Shown one piece after another: positions 1 through 12,810 of a DNA stretch of 64,000 nucleotides. Both the position numbers and the translations under genes were made by a program. The stretch is from positions 186,001 to 250,000 of the forward strand of contig ML996708.1 of the NCBI GenBank assembly GCA_010356995.1. The letters run 5' to 3'. Source of the DNA: Trichodelitschia bisporula (lineage: Eukaryota). The notes beneath the pieces were generated by a model. The model saw only the letters and a program-made list of their open reading frames with translations, searched no databases and had not been told where the DNA came from. How positions within the stretch are numbered: the first letter of the stretch is position 1; every line of letters starts with the position of its first letter.

Positions 1-23
1 ATTTCGACTGTCTTGACGCTCAT
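1..23 (-). CDS. Probable 5' end of a gene running off the window (MSVKTVE...), possibly phosphoglucomutase
   Basis: ATG at 23-21 in good context (gtcatcATG) downstream of a long CT-rich minus-strand tract (about 40-140). MSVKTVE resembles fungal phosphoglucomutase N-termini, but only 7 codons are visible. Confidence 0.25.
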
Positions 24-1396
24 GATGACTGTTTTCTAGAGGGTTCTCAAGAGGATGAGGGGGAGTATGGGAGAGATATGAAAGGGTTCACGAGGGAAAG
101 AGGGGTGATTGAAGCAGTTGGAGTCAGTGGAATGAGCGGTCTATCTACGATTGTTGGTTTTTCTAGGTGAAGGGCGGGGCAAGCTACCAGTGGCTACGTC
201 AACGTCAGAGCTGCATTGGCAGGGGAGGGGAGGTCGTTGCCCGAAATGGCTATTTAGTTTGCCTTGGCCTTGAAAATAGAAGCTACGACTTGCGGTTCGA
301 GCCTTCATGGCGGGGCAGTGGGGTTGTGATTGGGCAAGATGGTCAACAATTTGCAAGTGTGTGGCGGAGAGTTGCCCAACGGTCATTGAACAGGGGGATT
401 GGAGAGTGCAGCACGCCACAATGCATTGATATCGGGTGAACCGTTTGCAGATTGATGCTCGGCTTGCAAAATCTTTTGATATCGCCCCCGGAGTTGACCG
501 CGGTTTTGCCTTCCTTGATTCTCCGCAGTGGCCGTGGGTGGGGCCGCTCCCGCCTCAGCTGGAGCCAAAGTCGGGAGCGGCCTCACGTCTTATCGATGCG
601 CCAATCCTCCCTCCCTATCGTCAATTGAAGACTGTGGCCACTCTCACTTGAATCACACCGCAGCTTGTTGAGCTCAGACGTTGACGAACATTGCCCCGCG
701 CATCGGCCCCGCCTGCCCCTCACCTTGGCCAGCACGAGCTCAGACCCGCTGCCGGGAGTGGCTGCGCTTTGACCCCGAGCATATCGGGTGGCGTTCTCAA
801 CAAGACGTCGGCTTCTTTGTTGCCACATTCGCTCGGACCGAAATAGAGCAGAGGGTTTGACTTGGGGAAGAGTCAAAGTTATGGACGCGACGTCTGCACA
901 ATCGCAAGGGCAGAAATCTCCTACCGTCACGGCGGCGGTTGTGCTGGGGCCGGTTGACTTCTTGCTCCCTAGTGATAAGGCGGCTGCAATTGCCATGGAT
1001 GGGGTCCCAAGGATCATTGCATAGCCAAAAAAAAACCCCGTATGCAAACTGTGCAGATGCTGAAAGCAGGAAGGGTCGAATTGCCAACGGTAAAGAGGCC
1101 GAGATCACCTCTGATGTTTCACAATGCAGAGAAGGCGAAACGGGCGCCCGAGTCAAAGTTTGGCTCGAAGAACGATAGTGATATGTCCCAGCCAGGCCGA
1201 ACCGTGAATCGTACTCCCGCTCCAAACAACGCATTCGAGAATATTTCTGAGTTGCGACTTAAGACGGTGCGATAGCTACCGGGTAGCGTAGCGCTCTGTT
1301 CCAGAACGCCGGCACCATGCCTGTTGTACATGCCCTCCTCCTCCTTCTCGTATCCAGATCATAACCCTCATAACAGACACCCTCTGCGGGGGGCAT

Positions 1397-1627
1397 CTAA
1401 GGCGGTAGAAGAATCTCGCTGAAGCTGCTGTGGAAGAACGCAACGCCGGCCTATGGGTGTTAACTTGCTTTGAAGGTTCGGAGAGGGGGGGCACGTACGG
1501 CGAAGAGCCCGACTGCGGTGATCACGCTGCGGTTCTCCTGGCTGAAGAGCGCGTCGTATGTGCTGCGTGCGTAGCCCTTGGGCTGCACCGTACGGCCGGG
1601 GCCGCGGGCGATGGGACGGCCGGACAT
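1397..1627 (-). CDS. TOM6: Mitochondrial TOM complex small subunit Tom6
   Basis: Two exons (intron 1451-1498, GTACGT...TTAAC...TAG) give MSGRPIARGPGRTVQPKGYARSTYDALFSQENRSVITAVGLFA|AGVAFFHSSFSEILLPP*, matching the filamentous-fungal Tom6 pattern (KGxxxSTYDxL..EN..V...F.A.VAF..SS.SE.L). Confidence 0.85.
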
Positions 1628-2310
1628 TGGGGGTGGAAATGTGCGGTAGTGAGATGAGTGAGGGCGGTTAAGATTGGTGTTGGGTTTGGGGGTGTGTGGG
1701 GGTGCGCTGCGTTGTGGTGATGATGATGTGGTTGGAGGTCGTTGTGGGAAGGTGGAGTTCAAGATTTTAGACGCAGACCGTGGTCACGTGATTGAGCATT
1801 TGGATTGACCACTGGTCGGCTTCAGGGAGAAATGGTCACAGCCAAGGTGGACTCGATGCATTATTGCGACAGTTCATTCATTGGCTAGAAGAAAACTACT
1901 GCAATCAACCACACCAGTAGACTATTGTTTCTTTGCTTTCTTTGTCCGCCGGTTGAGACCTTCACGCTCGGTGAACTGAAAGTAGCATGAAAGAGCCATG
2001 GGAGCAGTGCTAGAACTAGACGGCACCGGTAGTAAGCTCTCATGTACTGTGGCGCGAGATGTGATCGCCCCTCTAATCCACTTCCTGAGCCTGAAAATCT
2101 ACCGTCATGAAGGCCCTCCACATAGACGCTCGTACCGTGACATTATCAACGTTCGCAAGACCGACTATGCCATCATATCGTACAGAACGTCAAAGTAGCC
2201 CCAAGTTTTAGCCGCCGGGCACAAAAACTCCCGGATCCAGTTCATCCTTGACCAACTCCTGTGTAACGCCACCCAGATTATGCGCCCCCGTATGCTCGTG
2301 CGGACTCGAC

Positions 2311-2714
2311 CTAAGCTTGACCTTGACCTTGAGCCTGGGCCTGACGCCTTAAGGCCTCCTTCGCAGCGGGGTTGTACCTAGAAGCGTGTTAGTACATATG
2401 CGCTAAGTTCTGGCGAGCGTCCATACTTCAGAAGCTTTTCAATGAGATCGACGTGCGTCATGACCATACGACGGCAGCAGTAGCGGTTGAGACCAAGCTC
2501 GTCCATCGCATCTCTGTACCCAGTTAGGCCATATCCTCAGTGTTTTTCAAGTCTAGACAGTGCATACCCGTCCGACATTTCCTGTTGCTCGATCATCTTG
2601 AGATAGCGCTCCCAAAGGTCGCCGATGACCTGCGATGCGCGTTAGCCAGAGCTTATATCAAAGAAAGCGCAAGCCTACCTTCCCGCAGGAGAAGCAGCGC
2701 ACTGGAATAATCAT
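2311..2714 (-). CDS. RPB10: RNA polymerase I/II/III shared subunit RPABC5 (Rpb10)
   Basis: Four exons (introns 2630-2678, 2514-2567, 2378-2426): [83 protein letters not shown]. Signature CFSCGK and RYCCRRM zinc ligands. Missed by the ORF track. Confidence 0.97.
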
Positions 2715-2989
2715 CTTGACAAGGGTTGGGGATGCGTGTTGTGAGGTCGTGACTTTTTGGTGAGAGGTTGTTCGGTCTGCGCGAAGTTCGCAGTTGCGCG
2801 CGGGCAAGCCGCCTTTGGCAAGGCCAGGGTCCGCCAAGAGCCCCAGATTTTTCCGCTCCGGCAGAAATCAGAAAAAGTTCCAATACCAAGCATCCGGTCT
2901 CTTCGCGCATCGACCTCACAACTTCACGATCCTGCAGATAACCCATTTTACGTCACGAGGATTTGGTCGACGCAAATCCGACGCACAAT

Positions 2990-5900
2990 ATGGCTCCCGA
3001 ACTCGAGGAAAAGAAACAGAAGCGCAAGAGGAAATCCACCAGCAACACCGCGGAATCGCATCGCGCAAAACGAGTCAAGAGCAAGGAAATTGGAGCTAAT
3101 ACAGCTTCTAATGGAGCCTCTGAGACCCTGGTAGCTGATGTAGCTGCTGCACCAACTCCAGCAAAGCAGAGCCGGAAGGATACTGGTGAGGACTCGAAAG
3201 ATACTTCCTCTACCGCCCGTCCGAGGCAGAAACGCCTGGGCAAGGACCAGCCACAACCTCAGCCCGAAGAGAGGACGAAGCCTGCCACGAATGGCACTGC
3301 AGCAAAGACTGGTGATCTCAAAGTTAAAGGGGCCGCCTTAAAACAGTTCGCTCCTGCCCCCGAGCCCTCGACCGAGCTCAGCGAAGGCGTGGAGCAGACG
3401 AAAGCCACTTCCGGAAAGAAGAGTCGCGGACGCGGAGGTAGGAAGAAGAAGGAGGATGCCGCCGAAGCGTCTGCTGCAGTCCAGGCTGAACCACAAGGTG
3501 ACTCTACCGTGTGGGATTCGCTTTTTTTTCAGGCGGCTGGGCGGACCAAAGACGACGATGAACGGCGGCCGAATGCGGCTTCGCTGTGGGCCGTCTCGGA
3601 ACCATCTGGTGGTGTCTTCCTCAATCAGGATCCAGTTTTCAGCGCGGATGAAAAGTGAGAAGCTCATCCTGTAGCTGTTACTGTGCTAAAGACTCCCAGG
3701 CATCTTCTTTTGGCCACCCAGCGCGGAGTGCACGTATACTCGACGGCGACTTCACTACTGGTACGGACTTTGGCTGTCCATCGCTTTGAAACGGTATCTT
3801 GCTATGCTCTCTCTGCGGTCAACCCCGAACATGTCTACATCGTCACAGAAGCGGGGGTCATTATGCTATGGGATTGGCTGAATGGCAAAGAGCTGCGTCA
3901 ATGGAGGGTTAAGGCTGCTATTCACAGCCTTGTTGTTGCGCATGTCGACGGCACGAACCACGACACGCTATTTACGCTCGAAGGTGGAGATGGTGCCGGA
4001 CGAGTCTGCGGCAATGTGGCCGTCCGCTTTCCGATTGCTTCGAGGACAACCTTGGCTCTGGCGCACGAGAACCTCTGGCCGAGCAAGTATCCGCTGATCG
4101 ATTTCAAAGTCCTCGAGAATGGCCGTGTCGTCGTGGCAGCCAGTTTGCACTCGGTGGTCATCGGGAGCCTTCAGGGAGGGTTTCCGAATGCTGATGGCGT
4201 TCTGAAGGCTCAGGGCCTAAGCAAACTTTATACATGGAGGGATGCACCGTCAAATGCCCCAGTTGTCTGCATTGACGCCCAGACCCGGTCACGGACGGCA
4301 GTGAAGGCCGCACCCAAAGGGACGCCCAAGAAGCAGCAAAAGATGGCCAAGTGGGCGAACGGCTCCGACTATATGCTGGACATCGCCATTGGGCGTGATG
4401 ACGGCTCAATCCACGTCTATCCCGATCTGGAACAGCGATTGGCGGAGATGGAGAAGGCCCAGGTGACGGGGGAGAATGTGGTCCTTGCACCACGCATACT
4501 GCATTGGCATCGCTATGCGGTTAACACTGTGAAGTGGTCCAAGGATGGTAAGTCTCTCCGCATCTTCAATATCTTGAGCTGACATTCTAGGGAACTACGT
4601 CATTTCAGGCGGCAAGGAAACTGTGCTTGTGCTTTGGCAGCTCGAGACTGGCAAGAAGCAGGAACTTCCGCATTTGGTATCTCATATCAAAGCGCTCACG
4701 GTGTCGCCCAACGGCGCCTCGTACGGTGTCCGTCTGGGCGACAATTCCGTCATGGTGCTGTCAACGACGGAACTGCAGCCTACGGCCAACATCCCCGGCA
4801 TCCAAGCGCATTATCTTCCGGAAGCCGATGAGTCTCGCCCAGTCTTCGCCAAGACGCCCGCTATTGCCAATCCTGGTAACCCGAATGAGCTCCTGCTTGC
4901 GGTGCCTGCATTCCAGGAAACTGAAGAAGATGGAACGCCGGCGTCGTGCCCCTATTTACAGACTTACAACATCTTCACCAATCGTCACGTTTCACGCCAG
5001 GCCTTGACGAGGAATAACGCCACTATCATCGGTACCGGTCCCGAATCCAACAAGCTGGATGAGCCCACGATCACACATATGCTTGTCAGCGGCGATGGCT
5101 ACTGGCTGGCTACGGTGGAAGAGTGGACTCCGCCGACCAAGGATGTCAAGCACCTGTCCTACGGCCACGACGTGCTAGGTAACAATACGCTAGAAGAAGA
5201 GCGCGCGCGGCACCGTGAGACGTACCTCAAGTTCTGGCAGTGGAATGAAACAGATCAACACTGGATGCTGGAGACACGCATCGACGTCCCACACCAATCC
5301 ATCTCTGAGCCCTCAGCGAACCGCATCTTCGACCTAGTTGCCAACCCTGGCTCAACAGGCTTTGCAACCATCGGCGAAGACGGCTTCCTCCGTATCTGGG
5401 CACCCAAGACACGCATGCGGAACGGCGTGCTTATCCGCGGCACGCATCCCACCGGGAAATTCATCACGTGGAAGTGCCAGCACGAGATCGAGCTCGAGCG
5501 GCCGGGCGCACACGTCGACCCGACACAGGACTTCCCGGACCAGAGTGGGCCCACGCATGGCCGGCTTGCATACTCGAACGACGGGTCGCTGCTCGCGGCG
5601 GTTGCCGAGGGGTCCACGAAGCCGGAGGCCGGCCTCGTACAATTTATCGATGCAACCACAGGTACTATCCGCGCCACGGAGGCGAACATGTTCCGCCCCG
5701 GCCTCGCGGGCCTCGCCTTCGCGGGCCGTTACCTCGTCCTCCTGTCCCAGGATCTGCGCGTCTGGGACGTGGTCTCCAGTACGCTGGTGTACGGCATCCG
5801 GCTCGCGCTGCCGGAGCGGTTGTCGCTCGAGCAGCGTCTGTCGGCGTCGCAGCTCGCGGTCAGCCGGTCTGGGGCGGATTTTGCGATTGCGCTGCCCCTC

Positions 5901-6386
5901 GGGAGTGGGCTGGGTTCCGCGGTTGCCGTGTTTAAGCCCACGGACGCGACGCCGCTGGTTACGATGCAGATTGGCGCGAGGGCGGTGGCGCTGGTGGCGC
6001 TGGGTGGGGCGGGCGGGTATGCGGTTCTGGATACGAAGGCGGAGGTAAGGGCTGTGACGCCGAGGGCGGGGGGGAAGATTGCGCCGCTTGTCGCGATGGG
6101 AGAGACTGAAGCTGCTGCGGTGGATGTAGGGTTGGAGGCCGAGACTGAGGCTGGTGCCGAGGCTGACTCGGATTCGGAGGCCGAGGCCGAGGCTATGGTC
6201 GTGGATGGCGAGGACGTGCTCGACGACGACAAGCCGGTTGTGCGCCCGCAGCAGCTGGCTGAGGCGCTGGATGTAGGGCCTGCGTTTGCGCTGCCGCCTG
6301 TTAGGGAGCTGTTTGGGAAGATTATGGGGCTTTATGCGCGGAAGTCGAGGGTGGAGAGTGGGGCGAGGGCGGTGGTTGCGGCGTAG
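2990..6386 (+). CDS. NAN1: WD40 SSU-processome t-UTP subunit Utp17/Nan1 (WDR75)
   Basis: Three exons (introns 3655-3699, 4548-4590). Motif LHWHRYAVNTVKWSKDG|NYVISGGKETVLVLWQLETGKKQELPHL plus WLATVEEW and YLKFW; Lys-rich N-terminus. Confidence 0.88.
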
Positions 6387-6916
6387 TAAAATGTGTAGAT
6401 TGTAATTATGGGTTGGATGTATGAGTCTCTACTTGCTGTTGTAGTGCCAGTGATATGCCGATGTATAAATGGCGGCCGCTATTCGTGATAGCATTTTGGT
6501 TTGAACGCCACCTCAACGCCCCTAACCCACGGCTAGTTTTACGTCTGCACATTGCTTGGCTCCACTACTGTGGAACCTTGTGTACGTTGGCGGGATCGAC
6601 GTGGAGACGAGATCTGATGCACGACGTTGGAAGTCGCACCAGGGGCAGCGGATTATGATAGCTGGACGTGAATGTCCTGGACGATATTGAAGCCAAAACG
6701 AATCTGGGACCGGGAGCATGATGTCAACCCTATGCGTTAGGCGCGAGTTCGCGTAGAAGAACGAACCCACGCTTGTCAGCCAGGTACTCAAAAATGGATC
6801 TAAAATACTACCATGATGAAGTATCGATCACAGCAGTTCCCCTTCGGTCCTTTTTGCGGCCTGGCTATATTGATTTGCGTCGTCAATTTGTTCATCAATC
6901 AGTAGCTTGGATTGCG

Positions 6917-6988
6917 GGCACCGTGGCCTAATGGTAAGGCGTTGCTTTCCGGTGGCAAAGATTGTGGGTTCGAGTCCCATCGGTGTCG
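6917..6988 (+). tRNA. tRNA-Arg(CCG), intronless
   Basis: Cloverleaf: acceptor GGCACCG/CGGTGTC, D-arm GCCT-AATGGTA-AGGC, anticodon stem TTGCT/GGCAA with loop TT-CCG-GT, T-arm GTGGG-TTCGAGT-CCCAT; oligo-T Pol III terminator at about 6996-7004. Confidence 0.95.
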
Positions 6989-7239
6989 CAGAAGCTTTCT
7001 TTTTGGCTACATCTTTTTGGTCATGCTGGAGTAGCTGTCGCAGGCTTGTTCGGAATGATGCTGTGTGGCTGAGGTTGGGTCACGATTCTCGGCCGGCATG
7101 TTCGGGCTAGCTCCGATATCAAATTACAACAGCCGAATGAACACACTATACAGCCCAAGCATCCAGACTTTTTACCCCGGAACATACTCGGGAGACACAG
7201 CTAAACCAACCCAGCATCCCGATCCCCTACTACTCATTC

Positions 7240-8738
7240 CTACAGCCCCCCCAAAGCAGATAAACCCCCACCACTATACGTACACTGAATCCCCGCACAT
7301 GCAGCATCGTACTGATCTCCTTGCGCAATACTGAATGCCGTCTCATTGCCAAACGCGAGGCGAATCAACGACTTGCTCTTCGACTCCCACTTAGGCCATC
7401 CGAGTTCTTCCAGTCCCTTGACCGGATCCCGCGCAAACGCGCCCCACGCCTTCTGTATATACGCGCTAACCTGCTTCTTCGTTGCGCTCGGCGCTCGCGC
7501 CGCACCGCCTAGGAAACCAGCGCTCACGCCCAGCGTCCCGAATACGTAGCTGATTTCGCTCCCGTGGCTCGCGGCGGTCATGCTGGCGAGCGAAGTGCCG
7601 GCGAACGGCCCGCCGCCGTAATACCGGTACCGCCAGGCGGGGACGTTGTGCGCGCGGCGCGAGGACGAGACTTGCTCCGCTGGGCAGACGAATTCTTGGT
7701 CTGCGAGGTGCGTGTCGGAGCCGACTTCGCGGTCATTGTTGCCGATGAGGAAGGGGGCTTTGATGAACTTCCCCGCTGCGCCGCGGGCCGGGTAATCTGA
7801 GAAGGCGATGCGTTCGTCGGGGACGGGGACGAATTTTGGTGGGAAGCCGGAGCCGAGGGATTTGGCGCCTGCGATGATGTCTTTGGTTGATTTGGTGGAC
7901 ATGCAGGGCAGGGCTGTGGCGGGGTCGGTGCAGTTGAGGGAGGCGGCTACTTTGGGCCAGTTGGTGTAGCTGGCGTTGCTGATCAGGCCGCACATGGTGG
8001 ATGCGCCGGACTCGCCGATGAAGCCGCTGACGATGGGGTCGGATGTCCAGGCGTAGGAGTAGATGTCGACGGACATGGCGCCGGCGGATTCGCCGAACTG
8101 GGCTTCATTAGCAAGGCCCCCCCATACACGCGCATCTAACTTACGAGGGTAATCCGCCCCGGATCCCCCCCAAACGCCTTAATATTATCCCTAACCCACT
8201 CCACCGCCGCCCTCTGATCCAACAACCCCAGATTCTGCTCCTTCAACCCCGGGGCACCCGGAAATCCAAAGATACTCAACCGGTAATTCGGCGCGACCAC
8301 GACGACGTCCTGCGATGCGGCGAGGATGGATCCGTCCGTCATGCTCATAGCCGTGCCGCCACCCACGAATGCGCCTCCGTAAAGCCAAACCATCACCGCT
8401 TTCAGCTTATCGCCTGCCTTTGCCGGCGTCCACACGCTGAGGTACAGGCAGTCCTCGCTCCCGCCGGGCCCGCCGCCGAGGGACAGGGTGCCAGGGCAGT
8501 CGGAGGCGAACTTCGTTGCATTGCGGGGTGAGGCGGTGGTGGCGGCGGCGTATTTCTGAGGCGGTTGCCAGCGGAGCGGGCCTACTGGGGGCTGGGCGAA
8601 GGGGACGCCTAGGTAGGCGGAGACGGAGGGGGCGTATTTGCCTGCGCTGCCGAGGAGGGTGCCGCTGGTTGTGTGTACTGGCGCGCCGGCTTGGGCGGCG
8701 ATGAGGGGGATGGGGGGGAGGAGGGTTGAGAGCTTCAT
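7240..8738 (-). CDS. Secreted type-B carboxylesterase/cholinesterase-like alpha/beta hydrolase
   Basis: Two exons (intron 8098-8144). Motifs YLGVPFAQPPVGPLRW, SEDCLYLSVW, YGGAF, FGGDP and nucleophile FGESAG, with acid (GNNDRE) and His (ASHGSEI) residues; hydrophobic N-terminus. Confidence 0.9.
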
Positions 8739-9243
8739 TGTTACGAAGGGAAAGCAAGCGACGGCGGGAGGCAACGAACGACTGTGGTGGTGAGGGGAGA
8801 GGGGTGGTGGGGTCAATTGGCGAGATATACCATCTTGGTGTACGCTCGGCGAGCTAGATAGCAGTATAACGGTATATAGCCCGTATAGATGGCATATGCG
8901 CTGCATACCTCATCCGGACGCGGTCATATATCGTATCTCTATTCATGCATTTAGCGTGCGTCTATTCGAGACGGGTGTACTTATCGACAGCGTATCGACG
9001 TGGTCGCAGCGCCTCAGATCTCCTTTAGACCGTTCTATCGTGTATACCAGCCAAGCTGTATAGCCCTCCTCGATAGTCCTTCTAAAATTCGAGGGGGTTA
9101 TGTACCTCGCTCCACGGCAGAGAGGCACGCGTTGGTTTGGTGACACGTCTTCGCGCGCTGCCCGCGCGCCCACGTGGTGCCAAGCAAGCCCGCATTATCG
9201 ACATTTCACCTCCGCCTCCGCAACCTCAATACCACAAATCACC

Positions 9244-10329
9244 ATGATACCCCGCATAGGAAGTCGGACGCTCCTCTCCCTGCCGCGGAAACCGCCTCGG
9301 CCTGTCCAGCGGTGTTTCTCCTGTACAGCCTACCGCTCTCTCTCCAAACCAACCGCCATAACACCGAACCGGCCGTCTCCCGCCCGCAGCGCGCGCACAC
9401 CCGCCCCAGCAAGAACAGCCGCAACCACAAAAGCCGTCCCCAAGCCCGCCACACCCTCACCCCCAACACCCAATGCCTCTCCCAGCACCCCCTCCCCCGT
9501 CCCCCAGGGACCTACAACAGACTCCTTCACAACCGGCCTCTCCGACTCCCTCCCCGATCTCTCCCTCCCCCCCCCCCAAGACGCCATAGACTGGTCGCGC
9601 TCCTTCGCCGGCCTCAGCCACGAAGCCTTCCCCCCAGAAGCCAGCACCATCCTCATGGAACCCATCAGTCCCGACGACGTCGAAATAAAACCCGACGGGA
9701 TCGTCTACCTCCCCGAGATAAAATACCGGCGGATCCTAAACCGCGCTTTCGGGCCAGGGGCATGGGGTCTGGCGCCGAGGGGGGAGACGATTGTTACGCC
9801 GAAGAGTGTTACGCGGGAGTATGGGCTCGTAGTACGGGGACGGTGAGTTAGATTCTATAAGTGTGTACTGGGGTCGACGCCGGAATCGGGGTTAGGTCAC
9901 CAGCTCACAACGCGAGGGCCACCACGAAAGTCGTGGTCTGCGGTGGCGGCCTAACCCCAATTCCGGCCCCAACCACAGTACCACAGCTAGACGAGGACAG
10001 TGCTAATCCATCCACACCACAGACTCGTGTCCATAGCCCGCGGCGAACAACAATACTTCGACCCAGAAGGCATCCCCACCGCAACCGAAGGCTGCAAATC
10101 CAACGCTCTGATGCGGTGCTGCAAGGACCTAGGCATAGCCAGCGAACTGTGGGACCCAGTCTTCATCCGCAAGTACATGGCGAGCCATAGTAAGGAAGTG
10201 TGGGTGGAGCACGCGGTGAGCAAGAAGAAGAAGCGGATTATTATGCGCAAGGATGTTAAGAACATACCCTATCCGTATGTCGAGGTGAAGAAGGGGGCGG
10301 GGGGGGGAGCGGGGTTTGGGGGTGTGTGA
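9244..10329 (+). CDS. MGM101: Mitochondrial genome maintenance protein Mgm101
   Basis: Two exons (intron 9843-10022). [10 protein letters not shown]...[37 protein letters not shown]...[27 protein letters not shown]; Arg/Ser-rich presequence-like N-terminus. Confidence 0.95.
9862..9985. repeat. Imperfect inverted repeat / long hairpin inside the MGM101 intron
   Basis: Arm 9862-9898 TGTGTACTGGGGTCGACGCCGGAATCGGGGTTAGGTC vs reverse complement of 9948-9985 TGTGGTACTGTGGTTGGGGCCGGAATTGGGGTTAGGCC; inner stem GGCCAC...GTGGTC capped by AC-GAAA-GT. Confidence 0.85.
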
Positions 10330-10585
10330 GAGGGTGGTGGTGAGGCGGTATGGACCCCCAGGGCGCGGGGGGTAGATTTGTACATCAACATAGTAATCAC
10401 CGCGACCACTCTACTTTCGGCGGCGTTACGTGGAGCGGAGCAGAGCGGAGCGGAATCCCATCGTGGGGCATTTACTCTATGTAAGGGGCCGTTTACAGCC
10501 CTCGTCCCGCAAAAGCGGAGTAATAAAACCACCAACGCCCCCCTTCGCTGAAGCTTATAAGGCTACCCAGACCTCCCCAGCGCCA

Positions 10586-11691
10586 TCACTGCCCCAAATC
10601 CACACCACTTGACTTCCCCTTATCCTCCCCTTCCCCACCGCTGGCCTTCCCCTTATCCTCAACCTCCCCGCCCGCCCACCGCCACGGCATCCACCCACTA
10701 CTCTGCGCCCTAAGCACCTTCCGCTCCCCCACCTCCGCATGCTCAATCTTGTCAAAATCAGCCTCACTCCGGCTCTTCGCGAGCCCACCCTCATCACTCC
10801 CGCGAGGCGCAGTCTTACTCCCCCCATCCAGCGAACCCGCCTCCCGATCAAACGCCTGCAAAAGCACACGCAACCGCTCCCGCTGCGCCGCAATATACCC
10901 GAGGCGCTCCTCGCCGTCCATCCCCGGCGGCACCAGCGCGCCACTCGCACTCATAGCCTCCGCGGCCGCAGCCTCGCGCGCATCGCTGCTCGCCCCCCCC
11001 GCACTGCCGACCATCTGCGCCGCCGACGCCAGCAGCGTGTACCAATCCACACCACCGGTAGCGGGCACGGCGTCGCCGCCCGGCCGCGCAGTTGGCAGAC
11101 TGAAGCGCGCGAACAGCTGCTGGGCGTAGGTGCTGCCCTGACGTGGGGGCGAGGGGGGTGGTTGCGCATCCAGGCCGAGGACATTGACCTTGACCCAGTC
11201 GAGGGCCTTGCGGATATAAGTCAGTCCCGCGGCGCGGGCGCGGTCGTGCGCGGTCGAGATGAAGTCCTCAATATCGCGCTCATGCTCGGCGAGGAAAGGG
11301 CTCAGATGCTCTTGGTAGATCTTACTTGCGCCCTGGGAGCCTGGCGCGACGAGGTAGAGGCGCAGGCCGAGGCGGGCCCAGGCGTAGAAGGGGACCCAGA
11401 CGAGGAGGAAGGCGAAGGTGGATTCGAGGACGAGGAGGAGGGAGAGGATGGGCCAGTACATTAGCCATGGGGTTAGGGCGGCGGGGTCGGAGGTGCGGAG
11501 GGCTTTGTAGGAGGCGAAGACGGGGAAGAGGATGGAGGTTATGGTGCTATGGTGGGGGTGTTAGCTTGGTGGGGGAGGGGGAGCTTGAGCCTCTCAGGGT
11601 GGCTTGGGATAAGTGGGGCGGTGGGGCTCGCGGAGGAGTCGGCTCCGGAGGGCATTACTTACGTGATGGTGTTGGGGATGAAGTCGAGCAT
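10586..11691 (-). CDS. HVA22/TB2/DP1 (REEP/Yop1-like) ER membrane-shaping family protein
   Basis: Exon 1 MLDFIPNTIT, intron 11547-11662, then TITSILFPVFASYKALRTSDPAALTPWLMYWPIL...WVPFYAW...PGSQGASKIYQEHLSPFL, the TB2/DP1 core. Confidence 0.85.
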
Positions 11692-12810
11692 GGTTGGTAG
11701 GTAGAAAGCGGACAAGGCAGTACGAACTGGAGATGAAAGGACGCGAAAGATGGGAGTAGAGACCAGATTATCTTGGGTCTAAAGAACAGAGCGAAGGCAA
11801 AGAGGACAGAGTTGCAAAAGAAAGCCGATAACAGAGGCACGAGGTACGACTGGAGGTGAGTGTTCAGGCAGAAGCTTTGGATGGCGGGAGAAAGGTGAAG
11901 AGAGAGAGATGAGCCGGCCACGGAGATGGAGGGGTTGGAGGGGCGAGGGAAGCGCCGAGACCTTTATCGATTGGCCCCCCTGCGAACGGCGTGCTGTTGC
12001 CTGATCCTTGAGGCAGAATGTATCTTCGGCTTCAGGGTCGCAGCGATGCGCTCACCGTGACGGAACACTGCAGTGTTGTCTAGCTTCAATCAGCTTGATA
12101 GCTCCAAACACCTAGGCAGCTTGAGCAGACAGACTCAGGCTTTATACGCCCCTCCTCCACAACCCCATCTCCACCTCTCATTCCCACCCTCGTGCCCTGC
12201 GCTTGGAATACCCGGCAACCGCCCACAGCACGAATAGCCGTCACGTTCACGCCTCGCTCGTGACCGCCCACCCTCACACGCAGGGCAAATCAGCCAGACC
12301 ACGGGATCGCGCCTCGGAGTATCCAGAGCCTCCCGCACACTTGGCGCCTCGTACAAAAGCGGCTACCACAGTACCGACCATTGCCGATATCTAGCTTCCG
12401 TACTACGGTACGGTACTTATCGCTGGTTGTTGCTAATTGCATGCTGCTGCTGCTGCTGCCCGTAGGTCCCGTCTTTATGCAGCCCGCGTGGTGTACGTGG
12501 TCTCGACCCTATGGGCGTATCAGACCACCTTGGCCGCGCATAGATATCGCCTCGCGAGCCTCTCGTATGAGCTCGTCCGTTGCTAGTCTCCTTTTCCCTC
12601 TCATGCAAGGCACCGCACCGTGGCACGAAGGACCCGCCATGGGAGTATAAATATTGTTCCATGGGCCCAGCAATTCACTTTCCTTTGCTACTCATTCCGT
12701 TCACTCTGTGATCGCTACTTCTCCTCTTGAATGCCGAGAGTCAACAGTGCTCTGATCCAATTGCATTTCCCATCCCACGTAACCAGCGACTTCGTCATCC
12801 CACCAGCACA

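Noticed and set aside
141..1331. Several 60-150 aa ORFs between the window start and TOM6
   Set aside because: Overlapping on both strands, mostly non-ATG starts, with no motif or splice support.
6812..6900. ATGATGA C-box-like motif upstream of the tRNA
   Set aside because: No matching CTGA D-box or terminal stem at a suitable distance.
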